Virus record (IMG/VR): IMGVR_UViG_3300021400_000026
Direction: 5' to 3' (one strand)
From: a virus
Length of the DNA stretch: 64,000 bases
Position 1 is the stretch's first letter. The number at the start of each line of letters is the position of its first letter. The notes beneath the pieces were generated by a model. It had not been told where the DNA came from and made no database searches. It worked only from the letters and a program-made list of their open reading frames with translations. Of the stretch, positions 8,719-17,727 are shown piece by piece. A program made the translations under genes and the position numbers.

Positions 8719-8967
8719 TTATGTCAGACGTTTCAGCGGTGCAAGGTCTTGCAAGGCTGGGTCGATGATGTCAACCGTCATTCCGAGGGCTTCGGCGATG
8801 GCTTGCAGCGTCTCGATGTTCACGGCATACTTGCCGCCCTCGATGCGCCCGATGTGGGTACGTTGCAATCCGGCACGCTGTGCCAACTCGTCTTGCGACA
8901 GGTCAGCCATGAGGCGCAGGGCTTTCACTCGCTGGCCGATTCTTGTACGGGTTTCTTCTTTGTTCAT
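8719..8967 (-). CDS. XRE-family HTH transcriptional regulator
   Basis: Contains LSQDELAQRAGLQRTHIGRIEGG. The C-terminal ALGMTVDIIDPALQDLAPLKRLT is shared with 57218..57631 and 61581..61853. Confidence 0.85.
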   Translation of the reverse strand: MNKEETRTRIGQRVKALRLMADLSQDELAQRAGLQRTHIGRIEGGKYAVNIETLQAIAEALGMTVDIIDPALQDLAPLKRLT

Positions 8968-9155
8968 AGTTCTTTGAATATGTAAAAATACAAAATGTTC
9001 CCAAGTACGAATATAGTTATGATTACACCAACAATGACAAATATTACAGCAACCACCTTTTTGTCTTTGACACTACAAATAAGTGCGGAAACCATCGATC
9101 CGACCATTATATACATAAGGCATATATCTGCCATTAACCACTCTCTTATAGTCAT
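8964..9155 (-). CDS. small two-TM membrane protein
   Basis: 63 aa and highly hydrophobic. Its stop overlaps the start of the XRE regulator gene (8719..8967) by 4 nt. Confidence 0.5.
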   Translation of the reverse strand: MTIREWLMADICLMYIMVGSMVSALICSVKDKKVVAVIFVIVGVIITIFVLGNILYFYIFKEL

Positions 9156-9379
9156 TGCCTTTCGTCTAATAATGTTTGTATTATTGCCCGTTCCTGGGCG
9201 TAGATGTCAAGTTTGCGACTGACGCGAGGTGACATCTTGAAGCCGTTGAACTCTCGCGTCCTCAGTACCGAGGCTTTCTTCTCGATGGCCTCCAGTTCCT
9301 TCTCCAGTTGCCGCGTCGATTTCTTGCTCATCATCGTGCGGAAGTTGTCGAAGTCCGATGGGTGATTATACCTTTCCAT
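9152..9379 (-). CDS. hypothetical protein
   Basis: 75-aa track ORF, charged and helical. Confidence 0.6.
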   Translation of the reverse strand: MERYNHPSDFDNFRTMMSKKSTRQLEKELEAIEKKASVLRTREFNGFKMSPRVSRKLDIYAQERAIIQTLLDERQ

Positions 9380-9587
9380 TTGGCGGATATTGTTTGTCGA
9401 TTTTCTCTTTCAGTTCTCCGAACACCTGTGCAACCATCCGTATCTCGTCTTCGTTGCAAGCGGCTGGCTCACCTTTCCTGAGCAGTCCCCAATAAGCGTT
9501 GCCATTCATGTCGCCGCCTATCGTAATCTTATAGTCTTGATTAAATTTTGCCATGATTAACCATCCTTGAATAATTTGTCGTAACAC
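9366..9587 (-). CDS. hypothetical protein
   Basis: 73-aa track ORF. Confidence 0.55.
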   Translation of the reverse strand: MLRQIIQGWLIMAKFNQDYKITIGGDMNGNAYWGLLRKGEPAACNEDEIRMVAQVFGELKEKIDKQYPPNGKV

Positions 9588-9826
9588 TCTGCGCAGAAGT
9601 CATTGCCCTCGCTGTCGGTGCAGAAGTCTTCCACGTCTCTGATCACCTTTTTGCACTGGGTGCAAATACTGATGGCCTTATCCATCCGTTTCACCCACCT
9701 GATAGCAGCGTCCCAGCCTTGCCACCATACCGCTATCGGTATGGCGTGAAGCCTGCGTTTAGCCTGACACCCTATGCGGTATCTGGCTTGCCGCTCAAAT
9801 CTCTCGTCTATCTCGTTGATGTTCAT
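9557..9826 (-). CDS. hypothetical zinc-ribbon protein
   Basis: Trimmed to ATG 9826 (MNINEIDERF). Has CTQC...CAEC cysteine pairs. A GGGAGGG..CCCTCCC hairpin fills 9842..9892 upstream. Confidence 0.55.
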   Translation of the reverse strand: MNINEIDERFERQARYRIGCQAKRRLHAIPIAVWWQGWDAAIRWVKRMDKAISICTQCKKVIRDVEDFCTDSEGNDFCAECYDKLFKDG

Positions 9827-9899
9827 AATATCAAATGATTGTGGGAGGGTTTTTGCTTTGGCAAGCGGCCAAGGCCGAGCGGCCCCTCCCGTGTTAGTC

Positions 9900-10106
9900 T
9901 TAATTGATGCTGTACTCCTCAACCTTGAATGACTTCCAATCGGTATTGCGTACATGCTCAACGAATTGCTCTCTTGTCATTGGCTCAGGCTTTGAAAATG
10001 TACGAGTCTCAACATTGTAGCGTGGAGACATGTAACTTCTGCTATCAGAAATAATCTCACCTTCAAAACCCTTCTCTGTTGCGATTGCCTTAAAAAAAGT
10101 CTTCAT
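9900..10106 (-). CDS. hypothetical protein
   Basis: 68-aa track ORF, the first gene after the AT-rich promoter region. Confidence 0.55.
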   Translation of the reverse strand: MKTFFKAIATEKGFEGEIISDSRSYMSPRYNVETRTFSKPEPMTREQFVEHVRNTDWKSFKVEEYSIN

Positions 10107-10168
10107 AATCTTGTGCCGCTTATAGGTTGCCGCCCTGTTCTAAATTGTTATTGTTTTAATTTCTTGAT

Positions 10169-10177
10169 GCAAAGATA
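10169..10177 (-). promoter_or_regulatory. Bacteroidetes-type -7 promoter box (TATCTTTGC)
   Basis: Minus-strand TATCTTTGCATC matches TAnnTTTG. Sits in a ~180-bp AT-rich gap homologous to 58551..58760 and 62660..62825. Confidence 0.45.
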
Positions 10178-10288
10178 CGATATTATTTTGAATTGTGCAA
10201 ACATTTAGGCGTTTTTCTTTATTTTTGCCTAACTTTTTATACTTTATTTAAACTTTTAACCACGTTTTCTTTGTTTTCTGCCATAACA

Positions 10289-10687
10289 TTAAAACAGTTT
10301 TTGGTCTTGTGCTTTCAATGCACCGACGATATAATTCACATTTTCTAACATCTGGAGCTTATAGTCCGACCTGTTAAGCATGGCAATGAAGATGTCGCCA
10401 CGCAACTTGCGCCAGTATTCACGCTCAGCAATCTTGGCGCGATGGTCATCCTGTTCCTTTACGTCGAAGGTCTTCATGATGTCGGTCAGCGACTTCATCT
10501 GTTCGCTCTCTCCCATCATTGGGATAGCAGGCGGCAAAGCGTCACTCAGGTCGAGCCTCTCGATGTGGTACTTATTACCATTGATGTCAACGAAGAAAGG
10601 CGAACCTTTCTGGTCGTGCGTCACCATTACTCTCTCTCCCGTCTCATGCAAAATAGCATTGAGGAATGTTTTCTGTTTTCCTTCCAT
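10289..10687 (-). CDS. hypothetical protein
   Basis: 132-aa track ORF with the ACGAATTATG start context. Confidence 0.65.
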   Translation of the reverse strand: MEGKQKTFLNAILHETGERVMVTHDQKGSPFFVDINGNKYHIERLDLSDALPPAIPMMGESEQMKSLTDIMKTFDVKEQDDHRAKIAEREYWRKLRGDIFIAMLNRSDYKLQMLENVNYIVGALKAQDQKLF

Positions 10688-10731
10688 AATTCGTTAAATT
10701 TGTTGTTTTATAAAAATTCATTTCAATTCGT

Positions 10732-11052
10732 TTAGCCTTCCCTCCACGCTTTTATGAATATGTCGAAGTCATTACCGTCTATCCATATCATTTCATTGAG
10801 TTTCTGCTGATACTCGAACATAATGCCGAATACGACATCTTTTGTATTACTCTCTGTAATGAGGTCTGTCACGCACACCACCTTAGAAGTATCTACCCAC
10901 AGCGGCATGTTGTCGGGCTGTTGTGATACATATTCCTTCAACCCTTTGCCCACGAGAGCCTTTGCTAACATACCCTCAATACCTTCTGCATTGTCCATCG
11001 CCTCGGCGACCTTTGCCGAGAATGTCCTTCGTGTAACTTTAATTTTTGCCAT
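10732..11052 (-). CDS. hypothetical protein (paralog of 63045..63398)
   Basis: MAKIKVTRRTFSAKVAEAMDNAEG... aligns along its full length with the other copy. Confidence 0.7.
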   Translation of the reverse strand: MAKIKVTRRTFSAKVAEAMDNAEGIEGMLAKALVGKGLKEYVSQQPDNMPLWVDTSKVVCVTDLITESNTKDVVFGIMFEYQQKLNEMIWIDGNDFDIFIKAWREG

Positions 11053-11272
11053 AGTTCCTTGATTTTAATAAATTCCTTTCAATTTCTTTCAATTTCTTAA
11101 AACATTGGAAAGAATGGGAAATCTTGGGGGAATTTCCCATTTCCATTTCTCAATTCGTTTAGACGTTTAATCCGTGTAATCCGTGGTTTATAAAAAATGG
11201 AGGGGGCACCCCTTATCAGATACACCCTCCGCTCCTACATCTCAGACACGGATAAGCGTGTAATTCGTTCAA

Positions 11273-13315
11273 TTAGTAGTTACCCTCTATTTTTCCCTCG
11301 CCCAAATCGAAGCAATAGAGCGCGTCGAGCAGGGCGTGAACGGGGTCTATCTTGTTGCTGTGGCCTGCCCCTTTCACGATGCGCCTGATGGGTGGGTCGC
11401 CCTTGCTCTCTACGGCGCAGTTGCCGAAGCACCAGGGAAACAGGGGACTGTCGGAAAACTCCATCCATGCGTCCAGGCTTAGCATCTTCTCTTCCAGTTC
11501 GGTGATGCGGGGGTTCTGTGTGAATGAGGTCTGACTGACGGGTATCACCATGTGTTGGATAGCGTCGGCTATGTCCTTGGTTGACATACCCTCGCGCTTC
11601 TGGAAGAGCGTTTGGAGCCATGCCTTCAGGTTGTTAATCGGTGTGAGCGACTGCGCGGGGTCGTAGCCGAAGTAGTAGATGTTGATGCCCTTCTCCACCA
11701 ACTCCGCGATGCGGTTGATGGCGTAGGCACTGTCGAACACTTCACCTGGGCATACGTGCAACCATCCCTGCTCAATCCATTGCTCATAAAGCGGTTGGTT
11801 CGGGCTCTCCTTCATCGTCTTCTCCAGCACCCAGCAGTCGGTGTCAACAAAGAAGCGGCCCTTCATGGTGTCGCTCGGTAGCCAGTCCACAGCCATATAG
11901 GTAATGGCAAAGAGGTCATCTCCCGAAGAGAAATCGAGACCACAGAAGACGTGCCACCGCTCGCGGCCCTGCCCGTCGATGAACCGGCAGTCGTCTATGC
12001 GCTTGCCGCCGCTGGTCTGTAACTGTCGGATGCGGTCGCCGGTGATCCACTTCTGAATGCGCCCGGTCTGCCACATGTTGAAGTCCTTCGTCAGCACCTC
12101 CTGCTTGGTGTCCTCTGTGCCGGTGGCGGCTTCGTGAAGTCGCTCGCGGTAGTAGGTGGGCTGTACGGTGGTGCCGATGGAGCGGTTTACCTTCTTGAAG
12201 AGTTCAGGGTCATCGAGCTTCGTCAGGTCGTCGGTCAGTTCCCATTTGTCAAGTTGCAAGAGAAATGCGCACCATTTATCTTCTTCCGTGCGGCAGGGCT
12301 GTCCGAGGGGATAGTCCAACTCTTGCAACAGCGATGCTTCCACCTGCTCAATCTTGGTCTTGTAGGGGCCTTCCTTGATGCGTCCGGCGGTGGTGGTGTG
12401 CAGCAGCAGCTTTTCACGGCGCGGACCCGTTGAACCCCAACAGGTATCGACTGCCGCTTGCATGTCGGAGTGGGCGTTGACGTAACTCGCCTGTCCGTGC
12501 TCGTCGGCATGAACCACCGAGGCATAGAGTCCGTCCTTTGAGGTCTTGCCCGCTGCCATGCACTTGATTTCGCCCTTCATCGGATGACCTGGCTGCCAGT
12601 TCAGTCCGTTGCGGGTCATGCGGAAGTATTTGCCGCCCATGCGGTTCGAGCACGTGGGATCGACTTGCATGGCAAACTCGCGGATGGCTTTGTAGGCGAT
12701 TTGGCTCTGTTCGCTGCTGTTGGTGCAGATGAGAGCCTGCCCGTTCACGTCGCCGAGGAATCCCACCTCGGTGAAATCGACCGCGCCGCCCAGCTCTGTC
12801 TTTCCGCTCTTACGGGTCAGGAACCAGTGCGCCTCTTGAGTCAGCCGTCGCGTGTCCCACACCTCGCCGTCCTTCACCCACTCCGTAGGCAGCAGCATGT
12901 CGCCCTCGTAGTATTCGCGCTCCATCGGCACGTCCACCTTGAAGGCGTATATCTCGAAGATGAGCCACGCCTGAAACGGCATCAGTCGGACGTGCATCGC
13001 TCCGCGAGGGGTTGAGAACTTCAGTCCGCCCTTTACGTGTCGCCCGTTCTTCCACTGCCCCTCGATGGCTCGCAGCGACCGCTTCACCCGCTCGGGGTCG
13101 AGCTCGTAGGAATCCATCAGTCGCAGTTCCTTGCGGATGCCTAAGAGTTCGTAGAGGTTGGCATGACTGCCGTCGTTGCTGATAGCATCCTCGATGTAGA
13201 TAAGCAGTCGCGGGTCGAAGCTGTTCAGACGGTTCATATAGTCGGGCAGATGCGTCCGCAGATCATCGAGACATTGCGCCTTGGCTTGCCGCAGTTCTTC
13301 AAAGTCGTTGGTCAT
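11273..13315 (-). CDS. terL: terminase large subunit
   Basis: 680 aa with Walker-A-like TRKSGKT. Size and layout fit COG4626-type TerL. Overlaps terS by 4 nt. Confidence 0.85.
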   Translation of the reverse strand: MTNDFEELRQAKAQCLDDLRTHLPDYMNRLNSFDPRLLIYIEDAISNDGSHANLYELLGIRKELRLMDSYELDPERVKRSLRAIEGQWKNGRHVKGGLKFSTPRGAMHVRLMPFQAWLIFEIYAFKVDVPMEREYYEGDMLLPTEWVKDGEVWDTRRLTQEAHWFLTRKSGKTELGGAVDFTEVGFLGDVNGQALICTNSSEQSQIAYKAIREFAMQVDPTCSNRMGGKYFRMTRNGLNWQPGHPMKGEIKCMAAGKTSKDGLYASVVHADEHGQASYVNAHSDMQAAVDTCWGSTGPRREKLLLHTTTAGRIKEGPYKTKIEQVEASLLQELDYPLGQPCRTEEDKWCAFLLQLDKWELTDDLTKLDDPELFKKVNRSIGTTVQPTYYRERLHEAATGTEDTKQEVLTKDFNMWQTGRIQKWITGDRIRQLQTSGGKRIDDCRFIDGQGRERWHVFCGLDFSSGDDLFAITYMAVDWLPSDTMKGRFFVDTDCWVLEKTMKESPNQPLYEQWIEQGWLHVCPGEVFDSAYAINRIAELVEKGINIYYFGYDPAQSLTPINNLKAWLQTLFQKREGMSTKDIADAIQHMVIPVSQTSFTQNPRITELEEKMLSLDAWMEFSDSPLFPWCFGNCAVESKGDPPIRRIVKGAGHSNKIDPVHALLDALYCFDLGEGKIEGNY

Positions 13316-13674
13316 ACTATTCCGTCAATAAATTCGTTGAGTTTGTCGGTTGCATTGTTGCCAGCAGGGTCTTCGGGCTTGGCTGCTGCCTTTGCCGCCG
13401 TCATGCCCAGCATCTGTGCGTACTTCTGGCAGATGGCCTCCTGCTGGTAGAGCAGATTGCAAAGCGGGTGCTGCTTGTGGGTGGGCTGACCGTTGGAGCC
13501 AGGAACCCACTCCACGGCTCCCTCCTTGGTGATGGTGTCGCGGTACTGGTCGCGCACCTCCAGCGCACTGGCATAGTTGCGGATGGTGAGGTTCAGGTGC
13601 TCCGGCACCTTGCCGCCGTGCGAGTGCTTCACCTGTGCGCGGATGTCTTTTAGATAGGTTGCTGCTTTTGCCAT
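13312..13674 (-). CDS. terS: terminase small subunit (P27-like)
   Basis: 120 aa immediately upstream of terL. Pattern of helical N-terminus and C-terminus ...LGMTAAKAAAK. Confidence 0.6.
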   Translation of the reverse strand: MAKAATYLKDIRAQVKHSHGGKVPEHLNLTIRNYASALEVRDQYRDTITKEGAVEWVPGSNGQPTHKQHPLCNLLYQQEAICQKYAQMLGMTAAKAAAKPEDPAGNNATDKLNEFIDGIV

Positions 13675-14021
13675 TATTTCTTGAATTTTATTACAAGTTG
13701 GTTGCGCTGCTCAAATGGCAGCCGGTAGTGTAGATAGTTGGCATACGATATGCCGAACTCGCGGCCCGGCAGGGTCATCCATGCGTCCCATCGTGTGTCG
13801 CAGGGTCGGTGTAGTTTTCGGTTCTTCGCCTTGTATGCCGCCGCGCTGGAGTGTATGCCCTTCGATGTGATAGCCTCGCCGAGCACACCCAGACACACGT
13901 AACTCTGTCGGGCACCCTCCTGGCGTTGCTCCTTGGGTATCAGTCCGCACAGCGGGCAGGCCGCGCAACAGTCGGGCTGCTCGGCTGGCAGTTTCATCGG
14001 TACGATAGCTTGTCTTGGCAT
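13674..14021 (-). CDS. hypothetical Cys-rich protein
   Basis: 115 aa with a CCAACPLCG motif. Confidence 0.55.
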   Translation of the reverse strand: MPRQAIVPMKLPAEQPDCCAACPLCGLIPKEQRQEGARQSYVCLGVLGEAITSKGIHSSAAAYKAKNRKLHRPCDTRWDAWMTLPGREFGISYANYLHYRLPFEQRNQLVIKFKK

Positions 14022-14222
14022 GTTCGTGAATTTTATTTTTAATTATCGTGCGTTTCGCTTATATATTCCGATGTGGGATATATGTCCCGCTTTCCTTATC
14101 GGGATAAGTTATGTTAAGGCGTGGGAAAAAGTACCCCCTCGGGATGTCCTGTGTAGATAAAAGGGAGGGCAAGGAGATTTCGGAATCGAAGAGGGGTCGA
14201 AAGAAAAACGGTACGCCCGGAG

Positions 14223-14531
14223 TTATGATGTGACGGACTCGAATGATGTCAGCTCGATGGTCAAGCCTTCATCGGTTCGTTGTGCCTTGAAGGTGGCGCG
14301 TATCTTGCCTTGCTTGTTGTATCGGCAGTCCATGATGGTGTACTCAGCCGTCACGTCGTAGGGGTCGTGGTCGTCATCTGGTATCTGTGGACCTTTGCCG
14401 TCCATTGTCTTGCGGCTCAGCACGTCATTTGCGTGGTTAGTCACTGCGCTCTTGCGCTCATCCATTGTCATGTCCTTCAGCTTGTCATAGTTAAGGGTGC
14501 CGAATATACCCAATCGTTTGTTCTCTTGCAT
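14223..14531 (-). CDS. possible nested/in-frame separate product (102 aa)
   Basis: A perfect conserved initiation box AATCAAGGAACTATG sits at 14531, inside the HNH frame and in-frame with it. There is no intervening stop. Confidence 0.4.
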   Translation of the reverse strand: MQENKRLGIFGTLNYDKLKDMTMDERKSAVTNHANDVLSRKTMDGKGPQIPDDDHDPYDVTAEYTIMDCRYNKQGKIRATFKAQRTDEGLTIELTSFESVTS

Positions 14532-14945
14532 AGTTCCTTGATTGTTAATTATGAATTTACTCATGATGTTGTCCTTCCATCGCTCGTGCCTCTGCTCGGC
14601 TCGCTGGCGCACTATCTTCGCCGTGTTGCTTCCGAGTTCCTTATGGATGCGGGCATGGCATGACTTGCAAAGGCTCATGAGATTGTTCCAGTTGAAGGCA
14701 AGTCGTCGCATCTCTTCTTTGGTTCTTGCGGTCTCAATAGGAATGATGTGATGCACACATTCAACTGACTTGACGTAACCACCAGGGATGCCTATAGCCT
14801 CGCCGTCCTTGATGCACTGCTCACAGAGTGGATTGGCTCGCTTCTTCAATATGGTCAATTCCTTCCACTCACGCGAGTTGTATATCTCCTGCTTGTCCTT
14901 GGCTACCTTGTCAGATACCCCTCGCCAGTTTCGTTTCTTGCTCAT
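14223..14945 (-). CDS. HNH endonuclease (terminase-associated position)
   Basis: Track ORF trimmed to MSKKRNWRG (ATG 14945). Contains CEQC...VHHIIP...CKSCHARIH. Confidence 0.75.
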   Translation of the reverse strand: MSKKRNWRGVSDKVAKDKQEIYNSREWKELTILKKRANPLCEQCIKDGEAIGIPGGYVKSVECVHHIIPIETARTKEEMRRLAFNWNNLMSLCKSCHARIHKELGSNTAKIVRQRAEQRHERWKDNIMSKFIINNQGTMQENKRLGIFGTLNYDKLKDMTMDERKSAVTNHANDVLSRKTMDGKGPQIPDDDHDPYDVTAEYTIMDCRYNKQGKIRATFKAQRTDEGLTIELTSFESVTS

Positions 14946-15078
14946 ACCGTTTCCTCCATCCATTGCCGCATGAGGTCGGTCATGTCGTCGTGGCTGATGG
15001 GCAGCTGGCGATGGAAGCCCTCGCTGTCGGTCGTGGTGATCAGCCACATGTGACGGGTCTTGCGGTCTCTTGTTAGTT

Positions 15079-15882
15079 CTACCATTCCTGATCAAAAGGT
15101 TTGAATCCCATTTCCTTCTCCATATCGTCGGGGTCGGATGACAAGGTGTCGCGCTTCACCTCTTCATCGGCAGTCTCGCGGTCTTCATCCGTGAACACGA
15201 TGCGCTGCTGGCGCATGGCCTCGCCGTCGGGAGTGCGATGGTGCTTGGCCTTGGTGCGCTTGCCGTACTCGATGCGTCGGCCACTCTCGGAGAACTGGGC
15301 CTCGCCTTGCATCTGTATGCGGTCATCTTCCTCTCTGAGGTCTTTGCCCTGTCGCTCTATCAGTTCGAGCAGGATGTCGCTCAGGTAGTTGCACCCCATC
15401 ATTCCGCCGACAAGTCGCAAGCGTCGATAGATGCCGTGCATGGTGACTTCGGTCACGCGCTCCAGGATGTAGTCCACGTTCTCCGTCATCTGCGGGTCGT
15501 TGCGATGCGGGTCAATGTCGTCCACCTTTTCGGGAGCCTTGTCCATGAACGGCTTGTCTATCATCACGGCCCCGAAGCCTTTCTTGCCCTCCTGTTCGAG
15601 TATGAGGATGGCCTGTGCCACATGCAAATGGTTCGGGTTGGCAAGGTTGAAGGCATTGGCCCAGCCAACGTCGGTCTCCATGAGCGTCATGATCTTGCGT
15701 ATCTCCGGCGACAGTTCGTGCATCGGTGCCGCTGCCTTACATAAGGTATAGAAGAACATCTGGAATATCTGGTACGTGTTCACGCCCAGCGCGTCGCAGA
15801 TGGCATTCAGCAGCACGTACTGGTCGGGCGACAGCTTCACGCTCACTCCTTCATACTTGCGGTTCTCTCCGTTATTGCTCAT
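15079..15882 (-). CDS. hypothetical protein
   Basis: 267-aa track ORF. Overlaps the primase stop by 11 nt. Confidence 0.7.
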   Translation of the reverse strand: MSNNGENRKYEGVSVKLSPDQYVLLNAICDALGVNTYQIFQMFFYTLCKAAAPMHELSPEIRKIMTLMETDVGWANAFNLANPNHLHVAQAILILEQEGKKGFGAVMIDKPFMDKAPEKVDDIDPHRNDPQMTENVDYILERVTEVTMHGIYRRLRLVGGMMGCNYLSDILLELIERQGKDLREEDDRIQMQGEAQFSESGRRIEYGKRTKAKHHRTPDGEAMRQQRIVFTDEDRETADEEVKRDTLSSDPDDMEKEMGFKPFDQEW

Positions 15883-17179
15883 TGTTCTTTCGTTTGTTAA
15901 AGTTGTATCGTTGTCTCAGTATCTCGCGCCACATCCGCACCCGTGGGTCTTGCAACTCTATCGGGTCGAGGAATGGCTCGTCGGAGTGCCAAATCTCGGT
16001 GATGATGTCGCCTATCCTGACAGGCTCGTGGGCAGGGGTCGCGCCGCTTTGGTCGGAGGCCGTAGCACTTATTTCGGTCGCGCCCTGCCCTTTGCCTGTC
16101 TGTCTTGGCTTGTCACCTGTCCGCATCATGCGGATGGCGATGTCGGCAATGTCGGCCTTGTCGCCGTCTTCCTCGCGCCAACAGGTATCGAAGAAGTGGG
16201 TATATACTCGGCAATGGTCGTAGCCCAGTTTGTCGCACACCTCCTGCCAGTCGTTGCGCCCGTCCTTGTCGGGCCACAGCCAGATGGTGCGCCCTTGGTC
16301 GATGAGCGGCTGGAACTTGTCAAGCTGAAGCCACTGCAAACCGCCACAGGCGAGCCATATCTGAGAGTCGAAGTCGCCATAGTAGTTGGCCATGATGATA
16401 GCCGTCTTCTCGCTCTCAACGATGTTGATGACCGCCTTAGGGTATCTGTTCAGCAGGTGACTGCCGAAGAGCGGTTTCAAGATGGTGTGGTGGTCGGGGT
16501 CGAGCTGCTGGCGACATCCGTCTTGGTTATATATCCAACCAGGGTGTTGTGTCTTGTCGCGGTGGCCGTCGGGCATGTACTTCATCAGCTTGGCTGAGCG
16601 AGGCACGCCCGTGTGGTCTATTTGCCAGAATACGACGCGACCGTCCTTCCAACCGCCCACGCAGTACATCCAGAGCGTCTGCTGGAGTCTCGCCAGCTGC
16701 TCATCGTCCCACGGCAGACCGCACAGCCAATACAAGAATACCACGGTGCGCTCGGTTGCGATCTCCATCGTGCGACTGACATACGACCTCGGTATCTCCA
16801 GCACGGGAGGTGGTGGCGGCACTGGCTTTGGTGGCGGTGGAGTCCAGTTGAGCGGTACATTGTCAACGTCGATTGAGTACTTCTTGCCAAGGTAGCGGAT
16901 GGCATCTGGGAAGCTCATGTTCTCCGCCTTCATCAGGAACTGCACGGGGCCACCCTTCGCGTCGCAGACGAAACAGCGGTAACTGTTGCGCCCTGGCCTG
17001 TCGTATGATAGCGTCGATGGTCTGACGATGAAGTTGCCGTCGGTCTTGTCGTCGTGGAACGGGCACAGCCCTGTGAGGTTCACGCCAGCCTTGCGGAGGT
17101 CTACGAAGTCGCCTACGACCTCTTCAATCTTGGCGTGCTCGATGACTGAGCGGATGATGTCTTCGCTGATCTTTGGCAT
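15872..17179 (-). CDS. DNA primase (CHC2 zinc finger)
   Basis: 435 aa with CPFHDDKTDGNF...CFVC. Lies next to the ATPase and the putative origin. Confidence 0.8.
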   Translation of the reverse strand: MPKISEDIIRSVIEHAKIEEVVGDFVDLRKAGVNLTGLCPFHDDKTDGNFIVRPSTLSYDRPGRNSYRCFVCDAKGGPVQFLMKAENMSFPDAIRYLGKKYSIDVDNVPLNWTPPPPKPVPPPPPVLEIPRSYVSRTMEIATERTVVFLYWLCGLPWDDEQLARLQQTLWMYCVGGWKDGRVVFWQIDHTGVPRSAKLMKYMPDGHRDKTQHPGWIYNQDGCRQQLDPDHHTILKPLFGSHLLNRYPKAVINIVESEKTAIIMANYYGDFDSQIWLACGGLQWLQLDKFQPLIDQGRTIWLWPDKDGRNDWQEVCDKLGYDHCRVYTHFFDTCWREEDGDKADIADIAIRMMRTGDKPRQTGKGQGATEISATASDQSGATPAHEPVRIGDIITEIWHSDEPFLDPIELQDPRVRMWREILRQRYNFNKRKNNEQ

Positions 17180-17180
17180 A

Positions 17181-17550
17181 GGTCGGAAATGGTCGGAAAA
17201 GGTCGTATAGTATAAAGGGTGTCAACCGATATAGTATAAAGGGTGGCAAGCGATATAGTATAAAGGGTGGTTATCGGCTTAGTAGCCGATTTTCGATTCT
17301 TTGCAAACATTTCGGCAAATCTTTGCAAACATTTTGCGAAATCTTTGCAAAGAATGTTTTCGGAGTCCTCAGAAGCCGATTATCTGTAAAACCCTGACGA
17401 AAACCCCACAAAACCTGAATACCCTCCTCAATCCCCTATATATATTTATATAAATATATAGGGGTTGAGGGTTTCGGGGTTTTGCAAGGACTGTATAACC
17501 ATAACGCGCGTGTGTGTGCGCATGAGGGGTTTCAGGGTTTTTGAGGGTTT
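17181..17550. promoter_or_regulatory. putative replication origin / control region
   Basis: Contains 3x GGTCGGAAA; 3x 24-bp TATAGTATAAAGGGTG (17206, 17230, 17254); and 3x TCTTTGCAAA. An imperfect ~17-bp inverted repeat (17426..17470) flanks a pure A/T core, inside AAACCC / GGGTTT arms. Confidence 0.5.
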
Positions 17551-17555
17551 CTGAA

Positions 17556-17723
17556 TCATTCTACATCAAAGTGTGCGACCTCTTCAGCAGCGTCGGCCAA
17601 TATCTTTGCCGCATCTGCTACGTGCTTTGCCTCTTGGTGTACGCATTGGAAGGTGTTATTAAACTGACCTTTGCTTCCGGCCATGCTGATCATCGCCTGG
17701 AGTATAAATTCATTCTTTGTCAT
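17556..17723 (-). CDS. hypothetical protein
   Basis: Trimmed to MTKNEFIL, 4 nt after the ATPase stop. Confidence 0.5.
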   Translation of the reverse strand: MTKNEFILQAMISMAGSKGQFNNTFQCVHQEAKHVADAAKILADAAEEVAHFDVE

Positions 17724-17727
17724 GTCG

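Noticed and set aside
14022-14222. Possible cos/pac site between the HNH and terS-side genes (palindromes GGGATATATGTCCC and CTTATCGGGATAAG)
   Set aside because: Only short palindromes are present. I have no way to distinguish them from ordinary operators without terminus mapping, so no feature is called.
14946-15095. N-terminal extension of the HNH ORF; similar over-long starts at 1673, 4218, 5899, 9961, 19145, 22266, 33265, 55215 and 57990
   Set aside because: The extensions overlap the upstream genes and have biased composition. The internal ATGs have conserved start contexts or ATGA/TAATG coupling.
17113-17328. 71-aa ORF across the iterons
   Set aside because: It translates the 24-bp repeats (TTLYTISLATLYTISVDTLYTI). 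The region is treated as non-coding origin or operator DNA.
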